A stretch of DNA of 64,000 nucleotides. It comes from Octopus vulgaris. Taxonomy: Eukaryota. Below are positions 27,701 through 41,959 of this stretch, piece by piece; within the stretch, counting starts at the first letter, position 1, and each line of letters begins with the position of its first letter. Under the pieces are notes generated by a model, which worked only from the letters and a program-made list of their open reading frames with translations, made no database searches and was not told the DNA's origin. Position numbers and translations under genes: made by a program. Location of the stretch: positions 35,526,001 through 35,590,000 of the forward strand of contig OX597821.1 in NCBI GenBank assembly GCA_951406725.2, given 5' to 3'.

Positions 27701-28829
27701 ACACATATATGCTTATACAAGACCCGCATCAGACTCCTCGTTCGTACCGTTATCGAACCGAGAGTTTAGCTACTGTCCTTCCATAGCACTTACATAGCGT
27801 TACCTGTCACCTTGGGTCTTCTGGATACCAATGCCACACATATATTCATATACATATATATGTACACGCACACACACACAAACACGCACTCACACACAAA
27901 CACATATATATATACATGAATATATATTATATATATTTATATATGTGTATATATATGTGTGTGTATGTGTATATATATGTAAATATATATATATATGCAC
28001 ATACATATATATTCATATATGTATATCTATTCTGCTTCAAATATATGACCATGTTCAAGATTCCTTCTGTCTGGAACCTTGGGTAGGTATCATCTACAAT
28101 AGCTCTGGGTCACCAGAAACCTTGTGAGGGGACATACAATACGGAAACTGAAAGGAACCGTAGAATAAATATATATTTATATACAGATGGATTTGGTAGA
28201 CGTAAACTATATTGTATTTTTCTGTCACCTAAAATCACGTTTGACCTTCTTGCTTCAATAATACGATCAGTGTTTCAATAGGCGAAAATCCCACAAAATA
28301 CTGTGATTATTATTAAAATTTTATTTTCACTAAATAAATATCGATATTCTCCAAAGCAGCTTTTCACCCAATTACTTCTTTACAAATGCCGTAATATTTG
28401 AAAAAAGTGAAACAAATTTATCGAACGTTTGTAACTTTATCTGATATCAAATAAATTGAGAATTTATACAGCGTGTAAATTTCATTATCTGAATCTATGA
28501 AGTGTATGCGTTACTAATGTACTTAGTGGCAATCGTCAATTATGTTTAAACACTTCTGTTTAAAAGTGATTATTTAATTTCAAAGAATACAGTTAGAATG
28601 CTAATTTGGAGCGATTAAAATTGGGCTTTTGAAAAATATATGTATATTATATTGGCGCACTCGAGGCTGCGTAGTAAGAAATTTGCTTCCCAACTACATG
28701 GCTCTGAGTTCAGTGCCACAAAGGTTGGTGTATCTTATTATAGCCCTGGGTTGACATTTTATATAGAATTACGGGTAAAATAACTTTAATGAATGTATCA
28801 AGTGACAGGTTATATATATATATATATAT

Positions 28830-29370
28830 TACAAAATATAAAGTTATATCTTGAGTGACAACAACGCTCAAGATATACAACGGACTAGAAATAGAAGCGC
28901 TCCAATGAGCTGTATACGTTTTTTATCCAAGGGGAGGCAATGCGAGCAACAACCACAGGAACATCACAAAATTCAAAGTTAGACCAAACACATACAAATC
29001 TTATATACTAATTTATATCTAAACAGTCCGACATTTAAAAAATGTTAAAATTCTGTAATATATAAGTATCATATACAAATAAAAATATAAATATAAATAT
29101 AAATTTTGCATATAACACGCTTAAAACTGTTAGAATAAGGGAAATAAATATAATGATAATAAAATTAAAATGTGGCATATCATAAACGAATACAATTCCG
29201 GCAAATAGTACATAGAATATAATACATTTACAAGCTTACAAAAATATAAGATATACAGAAGTCCATCTACGGGCCGTTTCGGGGATGTGCCAATTAATAT
29301 TAGACATATCAGTACTTAAAATAGTACTTAAAATTGGCACTCCCCTCATCAGGATGTCCTATACAACACA
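28830..29370 (-). mobile_element. Hammerhead-bearing non-coding element between (TA)n tracts (Penelope-like / retrozyme fragment)
   Basis: Bounded by TA repeats on both sides, with the hammerhead at the 5' end and a 13-bp hairpin (28845-28877) near the 3' end. No ORF. Confidence 0.55.
29264..29356 (-). ncRNA. Type I hammerhead ribozyme, intact core, long stem II
   Basis: Minus strand reads CAUC-CUGAUGA-GGGGAGUGCCAAUU...AAUUGGCACAUCCCC-GAAA-CGGCCC-GUA/GAUG. This gives a 4-bp stem I, a strong stem II, near-palindromic stem III (ACGGCCCGU) and a GUA triplet. Predicted cleavage is between 29268 and 29267. Confidence 0.85.
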
Positions 29371-29398
29371 TATATATGTGTTTGACCGTGAATCCTAT

Positions 29399-29469
<71 letters not shown>

Positions 29470-30111
29470 GGATAACAAGTCTACCAATGTTTTCATATAA
29501 TTATAGTTTTCAAGCGTACTTACTACTACACTGGAACGCTGGTACTCATCTCAATCTTTGATAAGAATAGATGAAATGATTTCGTAGACATGTGAGCGCA
29601 TAAACAAAGCATATTTATCTACCAATATGATATTAGCGCGTTCGATATTAGCATGTATGTACATTGTACGCCAATAAACTATTATTGATCTGTAAGTTCC
29701 TCTTCACACCTACCACGGACTGCTTGGACCTTACTAAACTCCTACACGTAAATCCTTGGATCTTACAATTACATATTGTATATATACAAACGTATATATG
29801 CATATGTGAATGTTTATGCATATCGTACCATATATTTGGTGCGGTGAAGAAAAACGCATGATGTTTAGACTAAATATCATACACATTAAAGCAGTGGGTA
29901 GATGGGCGGTGTTCTAAAATTTATTCCTAAAATAAGCAATAAGCAATATACAAAACATGCTGAGCAGATAACGAGGCGAACCTCAGTATATAGATGGTAT
30001 TTACACCCTTCAAATGTTTTGTATTCATATTGTATAAAAATATATAAAATTCACTATTTGATATGTCGCCTTTTTAGTTACTTTAGACTAGAATAGAGAA
30101 TCCTTTTACCT

Positions 30112-30161
<50 letters not shown>

Positions 30162-30972
30162 ACGCACGCACACACACATACACACACGCACGCACACACA
30201 CACGCACGCAAACACACATTCACAACAAATATATCTTGTATGTCTAGGTGTGTATTATTGTAATATACATATATATATATATGTATATATGTATATATGT
30301 ATGTATGTATAGAATTTTGGTGATGCAAACAAGGAAGGTAGAAAGGAATTTGTAGCACATGTAGTCCGAACACACGAAACTTTGGGGCCTTTCATCACTA
30401 TGCTTCAGCTGAATATATACATACATACATACAGATATATACATATATATATATACATATATATATATATATGTATATATATATACATATATATGTGTGT
30501 GTATGTATGTGTATATATGGAAAATGTATTTGATTTGTGTGCGTAAGTGCTTTTGTGTGATTATATCCTTGCATAAATAGATTAGTAATTACTATTTTTG
30601 CGCGGACTGCTTTGATTTTGTATATTAAACATTTCTGTCGGTTTCAGCTTTTCTGTCTTAGGTTTCGTTTTAGATCTTCCAGTAGCTTTACGTGCTTTTT
30701 AGTTTTCACATTTTATTGAGAACTGAAATTACAGATTAGATACAGTACTTTTTCGTATGTGTGGCGCAAATCTTTCAAAGTAAATATGTGTTCACATGTA
30801 AATATCTATAAGTGAGTTTGGATATAGGAGCATTTGTACAAAAATCGACATCTTTCGTTGGTTTCTCTTTTATATTTGACATCAAAGAAGCACATAGTGT
30901 GCTTAGATTAATTTACGACTGCATATAATATGAAGCCGTAAACGGACACTGATATACATGTCTGCATATATG

Positions 30973-31045
<73 letters not shown>

Positions 31046-31148
31046 GTACATACATACATTCATACATGTATACATACATGCAAACACACATACATGCATA
31101 CATACATATAGACATGCATAAATGTACACAAACGTATACAGAAACAGG

Positions 31149-31186
<38 letters not shown>

Positions 31187-31188
31187 CA

Positions 31189-31238
<50 letters not shown>

Positions 31239-31241
31239 GAC

Positions 31242-31278
<37 letters not shown>

Positions 31279-31685
31279 TATATATGTATGTTGTATGTAT
31301 TTATGCATGCATATATATATATATATATATATGCGTATTATTTAAAAGCGTACATGTTGATATACAGGGAGATAGAAAGAGAATGTGAGACAATTAGAGA
31401 GAGAAGGGGGTTCATAAATAAATAATTAAATTATAAGTGAGAGAGATGAAGTGATGCGAAGAAACAAAGTTTTGAACGTGTGTGTAAGTTTTGGACTATA
31501 ATATGGAATGTAAGAGAAAATACTGACCGACTGATTATAAAATATGTAAAGTAAAGTTGCATTGAAAAGTTACATCAGTTCCTCTAAAACGCGTCAGAAA
31601 TATAACAGTTCATATATAATTACTTAGACACAAACATACATGTTCACACGCGAATGCACACACGCACATATATTTATTTATATAT

Positions 31686-32605
31686 ACGAGGCTTATACTA
31701 ATTCTAATGATTAAATGTGCGTAATTTCTTTATTAAATTTTATAGGTCGTTCAAATTGCTTATGCTGGAAGAGTAACTCTTAGTTTAAGCAAATATATAA
31801 CATATAATCTACATTAGAACGATGATATTTGTAGCATCGTTTAACACATCTCACGAATCATCTTTGAAAACTTCCTGATGTACCTTGCAGTGCCCATTTT
31901 TTGATCGTCTCTTTCACGTCTTTTTTATCATCATTTTCTTGTTTCCGAAAACTATCTTTTGTCGAACAGAATCGGTGGATATGAGTCTTCTAGCACACAC
32001 TTGAACACCCCAATAGGCCGAATGCCTAATATGTTACCCAAAATGAGTGCAATCACGCATTTTCATGGGATAATTTAGCTCGTTTATAGATTGTGGTTCG
32101 GCTTCTACTTCTTAATGGCTTCTCTAAATCCTGCAAACTTTCTAGCAATTGAGAGAAAGAAACGATTTACGCCACTAATGTGGCAAAATCTCAACTCATC
32201 TTTTTAAAGTAAAGAGCACTTTCGGTGGCATCGTTAGGAAGTTCAAAATCAGATTGACGATGGACAGTAAGTGAACACTAATAAAGCTGTACAGCAATAT
32301 TTTTGTAACAAATCTGTGTATCACGAGTAACAAAAAGGAAGCTAACATGCTCCAGTTATTGATCAAGATATCTTAATGAAACTGTACCCGTAGTAACGAG
32401 AAAATATCATTAATCAAATAACTGATTTTTGTTGCGAAATGCGTCGGAGGCAATTCGCAATTTAATTTAATTAAAATCGATGTAAAATTGGAAATTATTA
32501 TTTGGCAGTGCGTTAATAACTCTCTAAAGATTTCTGTGTTATTAGCTCTCATTATGAAAACCTGTTCAAATTTCTTTAATGTTTGTTTTCTATACAAGAC
32601 TCATA
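31686..32605 (-). mobile_element. Possible highly degraded mariner-like element
   Basis: Imperfect terminal inversions (TACGAGGCTTATA / TATACAAGACTCATA) and faint transposase-like peptide (REAIKK.KP). Weak. Confidence 0.3.
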
Positions 32606-34139
32606 CCTGTTTTCTTTTTAGTCCTGTATAGTATACTTGTATGATGATCTTTACCAAAAGATTATTGAAAATAAATATTTGCTGGCACTACCAGTAAATG
32701 AATTAATGTTGCTATTTTATGTGCTGTCAACTGTATAATACAACAATAACTTCTATATATTAGATGCTACTAGGTGAAGACTATATGATAACATATGAGA
32801 AAACAAAATGTTTGTACAATTTCGGTGGTTATGGAATTTTATCACACAGCTACCTTTGTATATTATGTATATTGGGTTTAGTTTCATGTAAATTACAAAC
32901 TATTAAAATAATAAAGGAAAGGAAAAACGAAAATGATTCGAATTTTTCACGTTGATGGTTTTTAAGAAGTGATGAGTAATTATTTTTGTTTTCTGTCGAG
33001 GCCTACATGGTTAATAATATCATTCGTGAAACCCGAACCTCAATATTCGAACGTAAATTTAATTCAAACTAAACTGAAGAAAGAAAAAAAATACTTTTAG
33101 CTACCTTTGGTCAGCACAATTAAATGAAATTAAATGAAAAAGAAATTAAATTGGCATGATAGTGAATTATTTCCCCAAATATACAAGTAGCCCACTAGAA
33201 CTAGAATATTCCACTTGTAAACAACATCGACCACATTGTGCATCACTGATTAGCTCCCGTTTAAGATCTAATTAAGAACCGATGATAAAAGGCGCTTGAA
33301 TTCATATCACTGACACGTTTTATGCAACGGTTAAATTTTCAAACATTATTGAAACTGATTTTCAATGAAAACAAAAATAGCATATGAACTGAGGTAAATA
33401 TACCTGTAACTTTTAGCAAGTAGAGTAGATGAATATATACACCTCTTTCCGTTGACTATAGGGGCCAGTTTATTCTATAGATAATTTATAGTTGATTCTA
33501 ATCTTCCGCTTCCGTTCTGACAAATTCGGATCCAGAATATGAATTATCCTATTAAGCAGATAATTTCTGAAGTTAAACTGTTTGTTTTGAAAACTTTTCA
33601 GTTGTATGCCTTTCCATACCAAATAGGATTTATGAATCTCATTGCAGCTCAAACGAATGCTGGAAAATGATAATTTGTGAGAGACAGATAATGCTATAAG
33701 GGTGGCTCCAAATATCAGTGTATATAAGGAACGATATATATAGAAAAAGCAATGATTTATCAATCTTCACTATAGAGTTCTTACAGATGATTTATGTTTG
33801 GACTTCAGCTATTGGAAGTCTGATCCAATTCTTTTGCTGAGTTCGTTGTTATGAATAAAATGGAAATGTTACTCTTTCTTACCCTCAACAGGCATTTAAT
33901 GGGCTTTCTACAAGGTAGGAAGTTTGTGGTTAGTAATAATAATTATTTCTGTGTGTTGTTCAAAAAGAACAATAGTTACAATGACTACCTACCAGTATCT
34001 CATCTAGGAAAGTACAGTCACTGGATACAGATACATTGTGTAGTGTGGTTCTTTTTTTTTTTAAGAAAATTTATTTTGTTGAAGTCTATGAAATGTATAT
34101 GGTGAATATTATTTCCATTAAAACAACTTATTTGCTTTA

Positions 34140-34224
34140 ATCATCCTCGTCGTCATCGTCATCATCATGATCATCATTATCATCATCATCATGACCAACA
34201 TCAGCTTCATCCTCATCGTCACCG

Positions 34225-34296
<72 letters not shown>

Positions 34297-34345
34297 TTTC
34301 TATTATTATTATTATTATTATTATCATCATCATACTACTATCAAT
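34140..34345. repeat. Compound (CAT)n(TAC)n(TAT)n microsatellite
   Basis: Read directly. Confidence 0.95.
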
Positions 34346-36752
34346 ATTATTGATTTTATTTCAATCGATGTAATTCATACAAAGTCTTATGACAAGGGAA
34401 CTATGACGCCACCATCTCCAAAATTCTCCAATTCATAAAATCATCCCACCGAGGGGTGCATGAAAGAAATCATTATCATCTTTTCAAAAGATAACACTAT
34501 GAAATGCCAACGAACTACAATCGGGCCCATTAGCTGATTTCGATTTCTAATTGTAGGTATTTCAGTTCCATTACACCACTAATACTTTAGAAAATCACGT
34601 GACAATCACTGGCAATACTTTCTCCTCTATATACTACCCTCTTGTATATTATGTATATATATAACTATGTACAATAGACTAAATTGTCCTTCCCTCTATA
34701 TGGTGGACCATTATCTATTATCTTTCACGTGTATCAGTCACTAGATTGCAATCATACTGCATACCACCTTGAAGATCTCTGTCGATAAAATCGACCCCAC
34801 CACTTATTCTGGTACTTATTCTATAGGTCGGTTTGTCAGACTGCTAATTTAATGGTACGCAAACAAACCAACACCGTTTGTGAAGCAGCGTTTGAGGAGA
34901 AACACAACAAAAACACCAGAACACACATATAAATAAACGCATTCATACCTGAGGAATTTTCATTTACTAAGGTGCTTATTATATCATATTATGTTTCGGC
35001 AAGTATCTGCTGGTAAAGTAGAGTTGAAACAATTTTAGTATTATGCAATAAAGCGATTTTGCTCTATCCAATCTCTCTTGTTTCAACTTGTATTCCTGTG
35101 TTCCTGTGTACAAAATCGGCTCACAATTATTTGATAAGACGTCGGCTATAGTAAAAGTCACTTCTCCCTGGTTTCCAAACAGTGGAACTAAGCCGAGCTT
35201 TTTACCATGCAATCATGTCTGCCCTGTTGATGTCCTTTTATCTATATATAGTCTCAGACGATGTTTTAGGATGCATACTAGATTTATTTCATGGCAAACA
35301 ATAAATTAATATTGTCCTTTGTTGTTTCATTCGTTATTGGCTGTTACAAGGGGGAAGAATACAACAGTGTTTTTCAAAAACTTTCTCTTAATCTTACTAA
35401 GTGAAATAACGACCACTTGTGCTTGGGCCGTTTATTTGAAGTCAGTGAATTAATAAAGGTGACTTGTATTTAGTGGCTTGTCGTCTTAGAAACAGTTGTG
35501 AAGTCTACTTGAAATCACATTCATGTCATCGTGAAATAAGCGAAGGATTCAATAAGACTATAGCTGACTAGAAGATGCTTTGATCTGGAGTGGAATATCT
35601 AGGACTATTTAAGTATGGATGGTCAGGGCTAGGTAACAACAACAGCAGCAACAATGACATGAAGTCAGCAGAATATACTAAGTAACGTGTGGCGGTAAAT
35701 ATAGAAGCGAAATGCTATTGTAGGAAAATTGGCGTTTCCAATGACAACTTTCCTGGAAGAAATCGATAATTTCACCAGTCAGTTATTGAAGACGAATACA
35801 CATACAGTAATAAAGAAGCAATAAAACTGCGAAAAAGTGATATAATGACGCTAGAATAACAAACACAAAATGACAAAAATACAATAAAATTAGCAATAAT
35901 AATAGTACAACGATGGATAATCGTGTTCCTAGAAGTTAAAATGTACCGTGAGGAAGCCTCTACATAATCGCTCGAACTGCCAGGAAGAAAAGCCTGATGT
36001 TGTTCAAATGACAGGCTACCGAAAGAAGTAAACTGATGTGATAGAGCATTGTAATCTTAGAGTTACAGGAATATAGGAGGGTCACTGCTGGAAAGCCCGT
36101 AATTATACCTCTGACCAATCAGTGAAATTAACAGCGAATACAATGGTGTTGATGTTAAGAAGAAGAAACTAGCATTAAATACTTAAATGTTTTCACGAAC
36201 AACAAGGAACCCAAAATGTTGGCTTTAATGTACAGTTACGGCGAAATTACTTCCAAGGTTTGGTAAGCAGACTCACAATCGACAATTTAATATTCTCTAT
36301 AATTAAATTGAAATATAATTTCGCCTTTCTGTTAACGATTTTATCTTCATTTCCTTCTTTTCAAGTCAAGTCTTTTGAATTGATATAACGATATCCGTTT
36401 CTCCTGTAGTACTTATCCAACAATAACACCAACGATATTACTATCAGAAGCGTTCACTCAGTTAAAAAAAAATAAATAAAAATTTCTCTCATAAACTTAC
36501 TATCAGTTTCATAAGGGATGTACCATTCCGGTAAATGAACATTCAATCAACCTCACAAAGAAAAGCAAACAGAAAATTAAGCAAGTAGCTAGAGAAAGAA
36601 CCAGAAAAGGCATTTCATTACATTTACAGAAATCCAAATGATTTCGGAAAAATATATTAGACAGACATATATTATTTTTCCAAAGTATGTTACTGGACGA
36701 AATGAAGTAAGTAGTTTATCTACAGAAGTGAAATCTGCAATATCATTTGCAT

Positions 36753-36837
36753 TACCCTACATTCAGCATTGGTAGACACAATACCCTACATTTAGCATTG
36801 GTAGACACAATATTCTACATTCAGCATTGGTAGACAC
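36753..36837 (+). repeat. 29-bp minisatellite, about 3 copies
   Basis: TACCCTACATTCAGCATTGGTAGACACAA at 36753, 36782 and 36811, with no spacers. Confidence 0.9.
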
Positions 36838-37167
36838 TACAGAGCGATATACTAAAGTAAAGTAAAAAAAAATGTACTGAAGAGATAAAATTATTGACCG
36901 GAAAAAAAAAAGAAAAACCTGCTTCGGATTTCTTGATCGTAAAATGAAGAAATATTTTCTTTGGTTTATATGGTGATTGATGTTAGCAATGCATATTCGA
37001 TGTATTCACCCACCTTAAATTTGGCAACTCTCGCTGATCTCATCTAAAAATTATCTAAGACTCAGGCGAGAATTATCTCAGATACACATATGAATGCAAT
37101 AATCAAATATATGCAATATTCATGTATGCCTAAATACCTACGTATATGCATCTACCTACCTACATAC

Positions 37168-37257
<90 letters not shown>

Positions 37258-38007
37258 CTCTCTCTCTCTATATATATATATATTCATATACTCATTTATA
37301 CATAAACGCTCACATATAATATATTTATATGCATATATGTAACGTACGCGCGCGTGTGTGGTGTAGTTATATGTATATATGTACATGAACGTGCGGGAGA
37401 GTTCCCAAGTGTGAACTTCTATATTATGCAAGAAATAAAAAGACATAATCAGTAGGATACATTACAATAGTTCCAGGTTTTTATAAGGAAATTTATACCA
37501 GAGAAATAAATCTATAGGAAAAGAGAATAAATAATATCAACAACAAAAACACTTGTATTATTAAGATGGTAGGAAAGTAGATGGCTAGATAACACGATAT
37601 CGTCATTAAAATATATGCTATTTGTGTGTGAGAATTCTTTACTGATATTGTTTCGTTTGCTATTGATCTTATTGGATTACATACAGTATCATAAAATGTT
37701 CAGATTCTAATCGAATCAGTCAGACAAAGATATGCATAATATACATATTTGATACAATTTGTAGAAACATAGTTTCGCTACAGTTTGCATTGTTAAAATT
37801 TATATCATTATGGCATCCATTTTATGTTAGAGTAAACGGGTCAGTCTGCATTAAACATGTTGCTCCAGTACATTTCTAAGGCCAGATGAGAATGGGTGAT
37901 GTTAAAATTGGTAGACTGGAACTAATCTCCTGAAAATCAAATATTTATATAATACCATGTCTAGTCAATTGGACTTACACACATTTATTTTGCATTATTC
38001 CATATAT

Positions 38008-38615
38008 GTACGGGTTCGTCGGCTGAAGAGTTCATAGCCTGACAAAGATACACTCATGCAATGCAATCAAATGGGTTTTATTTTTCAACATAGACCCTCT
38101 TGCGGTCCACACAGTCCTTCCATCCCTATTGAAATGCTTCGATACAATCTTTCATACTGTTGGTCGAAAAGTTCATCAAAAGCAGATGTGAAGCCATATG
38201 ACGCAGTATTGGTTACTAACCAAGTGCTTATTCATGTTGGGGAGGAATAGAGGGACAAACCAGGAGAAAAGAGAGGGTCATCCACAAGTTCACGTAGAAC
38301 ACCTATTTAATCCAAGGAAATGTTTGCTGGAGCACTGTCCTGATGACGCAAGACACCTTACATCAGTTTTCCTGAACGTTTGTTGTTGATAGCCTATCGT
38401 AACTAGCTCAGGAATTTGGCATTGTACTCTCCATTGAAAGTGTGGCCTTTTGCATCCTCAAAAACTGAGGCAATCACCTTACCTGCATATGAAATGAACT
38501 TGGCTTTCTTGGGAGAAGATAAAAAAGAATCTTCATTTGCATAGATTGTCTTTTTGCTTCTGGCTCAATGTGATAAACTCATCACTCATTCTGCGTGAGG
38601 AAGCACTCAAAGAAA
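38008..38615 (-). pseudogene. Degraded mariner transposase 3' portion
   Basis: Minus-strand pieces YHIEPEAKRQSMQ, KKAKFISYAGKVIASVF, HQDSAPA and WKDCVDRKRVYVEK*. A TIR-like TACG.. sequence lies at the left end. Confidence 0.75.
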
Positions 38616-38763
38616 CCAGCTAGATCTTAATACACATACATTCATACATACATGCATACATACATACATGCATACATACATACATACATACATACATACA
38701 TACGTACATACAACATACATACATACATACATACATACATGCGCATATATGTATGTATGTATG

Positions 38764-39175
38764 TATGGTAAGTAGCTTGCTTGCCGGCCACATAGTTTCG
38801 GGTTCAGTCCCACTGCGTGTTACGTTCGACAGGTGTCCTCTACTATAGCCTTGGGCAGACCAAAGCCTTGTGAGTGGTTTTGGTAGACGGAAACTGAAAG
38901 AAGCCCGTCGTATGTATATATGTGTGTGTGTGTTTGTGTGTGCGTGTGCGTGTGTGTGTGAGTGTGTGTGTATGTTTTTGAGTCTGTGTTTCTCGCCCCA
39001 TTATCGCTTGACAACCGATGTTGGCATGTCTACGTTTCCGTAACTTAGTGGTTCCGCAAAAGATACCGATAGAATAATTATTAGTCTTACAAAGAATAAG
39101 ACGTGGGGTCGATTTGTTCGACTAAAGGTTGTGCTCCAGCATGGCCGCAGTCAAATGACTGAAACAAATGAAACG
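38764..39175 (+). mobile_element. tRNA-derived SINE, family A
   Basis: TGGTAAGTAGCTTGCTT..GGGTTCAGTCCCACTGCGT, internal (TG)n, tail GCTCCAGCATGGCCGCAGTCAAATGACTGAAAC. Confidence 0.9.
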
Positions 39176-39176
39176 G

Positions 39177-39212
<36 letters not shown>

Positions 39213-39220
39213 TTACATAC

Positions 39221-39265
<45 letters not shown>

Positions 39266-40465
39266 CATACGTACATACACATACATGTAATCATGTACGT
39301 ATGTATGCATATGCACTTGCACGCTATTCTTCAGGCATAGCGTTATTCATGTGTGCAACCATGGATGTCCGTGCTTGGAGGAGCTGTATGCACATTTCCT
39401 CATGCATATATTTGCATGCCTGCTCATGCGTATATTCACGTCTGGAATGCTGTGTGTGCATAGTGTATACATATATACATATACATATATACATATACAT
39501 ACATACACACACACATATACATATATATATAGAATGTCTGGAATTTTTGAAATTCCGGAATATTTTACATATTTTTGCAGGGCATTTAGTGGATTATAGC
39601 TACGATATATGTAAGCAAGAATGCATGGTCGTGTGCTTATATGCATACATGCATGAATAAATATATGTCATTGTGTATGTATGTATGTATGTTGTATGTA
39701 TACATGTATGTATGTATGCATGTATGCATGCATGTATGTATGTATCCGTCTATCTATCTATGCATGTACAGAGAGTGATCTTTTTTTCCCAAAGTAATAG
39801 AATTATGCTATAAGTAATGTATTTCACGCAAAAATTCCCATTGCAAAAATGGTAAAATATCAATGAAAAGTAAACAGAATGTAAGCTTAACGTCTTGTGT
39901 TTATCATAATTTATCGTACATTTGTTCTGTATGAAACAACCAGTAATGGAATTAGCAGAGCGATAACGGTACTACTATATTGGAACCAAACTGGATGATG
40001 ATACACTATGTGAAGCTCTAATCACAACAGTGGCAGGCGTATACCTAACTCTATAAACATCACATACTATATATGTACATATGTGTATAAGTTTGTGTTT
40101 GTGTATACTGCATATATGATAAATCTCCTCATACAATGCTATGGAAATCACCAGCTCATTAACATACGCATGTAAATTGACATCAGTCTCCGACGTAAAC
40201 AGATCGCTAGACCATATAATGGGGCTTCTCACGTGTTGGTAATGACTACCTTATTTGTCCTATAATAGCTGACAAATTACGGCAGGTGCGATGATGGAGA
40301 TAAACATGTGGTTTAGATATTCAAAGACATCAAATGTCAGAAGTACGTTACGTGTTGGTAATAGAAAAAATTCAGCAATAAATGTTTGAAATTGTATTAA
40401 TATTTCTTGAAACAAGACAAACAACTAGAAAAACAAGAAAAGATAAAAGTGTACATAGTGCACCA

Positions 40466-40672
40466 CGATGATAATGATGATGATGATGATGGTGGTGATG
40501 GTGATGATGATGACGATGACGATGACGACGACGGCGATGACGATGACGATGACGATGACGATGATGGTGGTGGTAGTGGTGACGATGATGGTGGTGGTCG
40601 TGATGATGATGATGATGAGGAGGAGGAGGAGGAAGAGGAAGAGGAGGAAGAGGAGGAAGAGGAGGAGGAGGA
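40466..40672. repeat. Compound (GAT/GAC/GGT)n(GAG/GAA)n microsatellite
   Basis: Read directly. A similar (GAC/GAT)n tract is at 41872-41977. Confidence 0.95.
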
Positions 40673-40984
40673 ATTCACATCAACGATAATGTTGATAATG
40701 ATGATGATTCGGTATGCTTCCTACAGTGTTACTAAAATTAATTGTTATGCTAATCATACAAAGCTATTTGATGTTATTTTCCGACATAAAACTCAGTGAC
40801 TTTTTTTTTATTATTATAAGAATTTCCATTATCTCCTTGTTTTCAATTCGAATTTTCGATGCTGCTGCTTATTTAACTACTTACATACTTTTCTTTTCAC
40901 GTTAATGTCAAACAAGATGGATACAATTAGTAATATCTTTATACTAACATTAGTAATAATAATTATTAGTAATAATAATTCTAA

Positions 40985-41140
40985 AAATGTTGGGGAAGGG
41001 CAAGTCGATTACATCGGCACCACTTCTTAACTGGCACTGATTTCATCGACCCTTAAAGAATGAAAGGCAAAGTAAGGATAGACAAAATGCCTTTGAATAT
41101 TTTGTTGGCGTGCTAAACATTCTACCACCTCGCCGGTTTA
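40985..41140 (-). mobile_element. SINE fragment, family C
   Basis: GTCGATTACATCG..TTTCATCGACCCTTAAAGAATGAAAGGCAAAGT is the reverse complement of the motif at about 12130. Confidence 0.65.
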
Positions 41141-41244
41141 ATACATAGATAAAAATAAAATATACTTATAGAATATTATAATAAAAAAATCAAAATGTTC
41201 TTTTCGAGGCATTCATTCATACATTTTTAATTTTAATTTAATTT

Positions 41245-41463
41245 TTAATTGGCTCAAGAATCAAAAGCAAGGCCATGTAGGGGGACAGGGGGTTATGTAC
41301 AGGGAGGAAGGTCATACAAAGAGTGCATGCCATTTCCGGTCAAGAGCGACTTTGAACCGAGCGGTCGTCGGCATCTTCACTATCTCGTCCGGCAGCTTAT
41401 TCCACGGATCCGCAACCCGGGCGGAGAAAGCCCTTCTCCTTCGATTGAGATGAAATCGTCTTA
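41245..41463 (-). mobile_element. CR1/L2-group LINE 3' end
   Basis: Minus translation RRFHLNRRRRAFSARVADPWNKLPDEIVKMPTTARFKVALDRKWHALFV* matches the FSxRVxxxWNxLP..FKxxLD motif, followed by a short UTR. Confidence 0.85.
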
Positions 41464-41877
41464 GATAGAGTTTATGCATAAACTCTTTGAGTCATTTGAA
41501 TATTGTTGCTTTCCTCGAAAATATGTCGCAACTCATATTCCTAGACCTCAATTTTTACTTATTAGCCATAACCTTATCCACGAAGGCTGAAGCGGAAATT
41601 TAGTCCTTTTAATGATAATGTAAAAGTAGAAACATCAATTTGAAATGAATGGTTGCCAAGGTTACATACCATTAAATAATTACCAAGTAAAGTCTGTATA
41701 AAGAAGCTATAACAAATAGGCATACTGGACGTAGACTAGCGATAATGTTTTGTCTGCTGAACAAAGACTCCGCGTTTTTACTTTGCGCATAATTTGTTCC
41801 TGCTTATGGATTCTACTGACCAATGCGACAATCAAGCCGAAGGAGGAGTAAAATATACCGATAGCCAGGGCGATGAT

Positions 41878-41959
<82 letters not shown>

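Noticed and set aside
36753-36837. 29-bp repeats of CRISPR-like length
   Set aside because: Head-to-tail with no spacers, no cas genes and a eukaryotic context, so a minisatellite.
40407-40799. 130-aa acidic poly-D/E ORF (also 41794-42096)
   Set aside because: Open only because of trinucleotide repeats, with no domain or splice evidence.
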